From the human T2T-CHM13v2.0 reference genome, Homo sapiens, in NCBI RefSeq assembly GCF_009914755.1, contig NC_060938.1: 64,000 nucleotides of DNA, one strand, 5' to 3'. Below the pieces are notes generated by a model. It searched no databases, was not told where the DNA came from, and saw only the letters and a program-made list of their open reading frames with translations. Shown one piece after another: positions 60,738 through 64,000 of the stretch. The translations under genes and the position numbers were made by a program. Within the stretch, counting starts at the first letter, position 1. Each line of letters begins with the position of its first letter.

Positions 60738-61364
60738 CGGTAGTCCCTCAGTATTCATGGTTTCGCTTTCTGCAGTCAACTGTGCTCTAAAAATAGGAGA
60801 GTACAATACAATAAGATATTTTGAGAGAGAGAGAGTACATTGTACATTCACTTAACTTTTATTACATTGTATTGTCATAATCGTTCTATTTTATAACTAG
60901 TTGTTAATTTCTTACTATGTCTGATTTATAAATTAAACTTTATCGAGTTGGGCGCAGTGACACACCTATAATCTCAGCAACTCAGGAGGCTGAGGTGGGA
61001 GGATCATTTGAGGCCAGAAGGTCAGCATTAGCCTGGGCAACATAGTGAGACACTGTCTCTACAAAAAATTTAAAAAAAAAGTATCCAGGCTTGGTGGCTC
61101 ATGTCTGTAGTTAAGAGGCTGAATCAGGAGGATCAATTAAGTCCAGAAGTTGGAGGCTTCAGTGAACCATGGTCAAGCCACTGTACTCCAGCCTGGTTGA
61201 CAGAGTGAGACTCTTAAAAAAAAAAAAATAAGAACTTTATCATAGATTTTTAGGTAGAGGGAAAAACATGGTATATAGTTATATAGGGTTCGGTACTATC
61301 CATGGTTTCAGGCATCCACTGAAGGTCTTGGAACATATCCCTCATGAATACAGGGGTACTACTC
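60738..61364. mobile_element. MER44A (Tigger7 family) interrupted by a plus AluJ (60946-61230)
   Basis: C(G)GTAGTCCC...GGGGTACTACT termini and MER44 internal motifs; Alu TSD AACTTTATC. Confidence 0.85.
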
Positions 61365-62410
61365 TATCAGGAATGAAATTAGATATTACCACCAACGCCC
61401 CCAATAGCAACAATGTATTAAAGAAATACTGTATACAGCTGAATACATACAATTTTGACAAGATGAAATGGGAGAACTCCTCAGAAAACAGTCACAACTC
61501 AGCTAACTGAAACAGAATATTTGAATAGCCCTATGATTATTGAAAAAAATTGAATTCATAATTTTAAAACTCCAAAAATGAAATCTACTGGGCCAGATGG
61601 TTTTCCTGGGAAGTCTACCTAACATTTAAAGAATTATCACCAGTTCTGCACAATTGCTTCCAGAAAATACAAGATAAGAAACATTTTAAATTTAACTTTA
61701 TGAAGCCCTAATACCAAAGCCAGACAAAGGTAGGAAAAAAGAAAACTACTGACCACATCCCTCATGAATATACATGTAAAATTCCTTGAAAAAAAAATTA
61801 GCAAATATAATAAAGTAGAAAAAAATTTTGTAGACCATGACCTAGTTGGATTTATTCTAGAGATGCAAGGCTGATTCAGTATTGAAAAATCAATTAATGT
61901 AGCCCATCGTACTAACAGACTAAAGAAGAAAAATCACGTGGTAATATCAATTGGTGCAGAAAAAGCATTTGATAAAATTTGAACTTATTTATGATAAAAA
62001 CTAGTAATACAGAGGAACTTTCTCAGCTTGATGAAGAACATCTACAAAACTTCTATAGCTTGCATTATTCTTAATGGTAAGAGACTGGAGAAAGGGAAGG
62101 ATATGTGCTGTTAACACTGCTATTCAACATAGTACAAGAAGTTCTAGTCAGTGCAGTAAGGCAAGTAAAAGAAAAGGCATGTAGACGCAGCAGTGGAAAA
62201 ATAAAACTCCCTATTTCAGATGACATGCTGGTCTGTTTGCAAAACCCTAAGGAATCTATAGATAAACAACCTGGAACTGCAAAATGTGTTTAGCAAGCTT
62301 GTATGATTCAACATCAACTTACAAAAATCAGTTAGATTTCTTTCAGTGAATATGTGGACACTGAAATTAAAATACACCATTTGCAATCCCTAAACAAACA
62401 AACAAAACTT

Positions 62411-62915
<505 letters not shown>

Positions 62916-63385
62916 AGACCTAAATAAATGGAGAGGCATACTATATTCACAAATTGAGAGCGTTAACATATATTAATCATGTCAGTGTTCTCCAAACTGA
63001 TACAAAGTTTAACTTCTTAATTTTTATCAAAATTCCGCCAAGGTTTTTTTGTGGTTATAGACAAGATTATTCTAAAGTTTACATGAAAAAACAAAGGAAC
63101 TGGAATACCTAAAACAATCTGAGAAAGAGGAATTAATGTGGGAGAAGTTATTCTGTCTGATTTCAAGACATGTTATATAGCTCCAGTAGTCAAGACTGTG
63201 TGGCATTGCTGGAAAGATAGACATGTGGATCGGTGGAACAGAATAGAGAAACCAGAAATAGCCCCACACAAATATATCTAGCTCATTTTTGGCATAGGTG
63301 TAAAAGTAATTCAGTGGAGGAAGGATAGGCTTTTCCAACAGTACTGGGACAACTGGACATCCATAAACAAAATAATGAACCTTGA

Positions 63386-63693
<308 letters not shown>

Positions 63694-64000
63694 TAAACCT
63701 TGACTTTTAAGCATCAACAATTAATTCAAATGGATCATAGATTGAAATCTACAAGTATTAAATTTTTTTGAGAAAAACATAGGAGAAAATCTTTGGGACC
63801 TTCAGCTTGGTTAAGAATTCTTAGATGTGGCACCAAGAGCTTGATCTAGAAAGAAAAAAAAAATTTGAGAAATTGTAGTCTATCAAGATTAACAATATCT
63901 TACAGTGCTTTTTCTCTTAGACATTTGCTGATAGGTTAAGAATCTTGGGGCTTTTCCATCTAGCATAAAGCAGCAGATAAAAAGTTAGGAGACAGATCAG

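Overview
Primate, almost certainly human, genomic DNA from inside SIPA1L1 (SPAR1/E6TP1, a Rap GTPase-activating protein), transcribed on the + strand. Three exons are visible: an 1,800-nt exon (11086-12885) with a 302-nt 5' leader and codons 1-499, a 131-nt exon (42265-42395) and a 189-nt exon (47556-47744). They splice in frame to 606 codons and stop at about the start of the RapGAP domain. The rest is intron rich in nested repeats: about 35 Alu/FLAM pieces, an ~8-kb antisense L1MA, an ~8-kb sense L1MD-like element, two short L1PA ends, DNA transposons, LTRs, MIR and L2. There are no prokaryotic features, rRNA, tRNA or CRISPR, and almost all short ORFs in the track are repeat-derived or chance. 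I see no clear new gene or system. The best candidate for undescribed biology is a regulatory module at 9.7-11.4 kb: a putative internal promoter and short first exon, six uATGs in the leader (one uORF stop overlaps the main ATG), and a possible internal acceptor that would bypass the uORFs and add an in-frame N-terminal extension. Repeat subfamily names come from remembered consensus sequences, and repeat boundaries are approximate.
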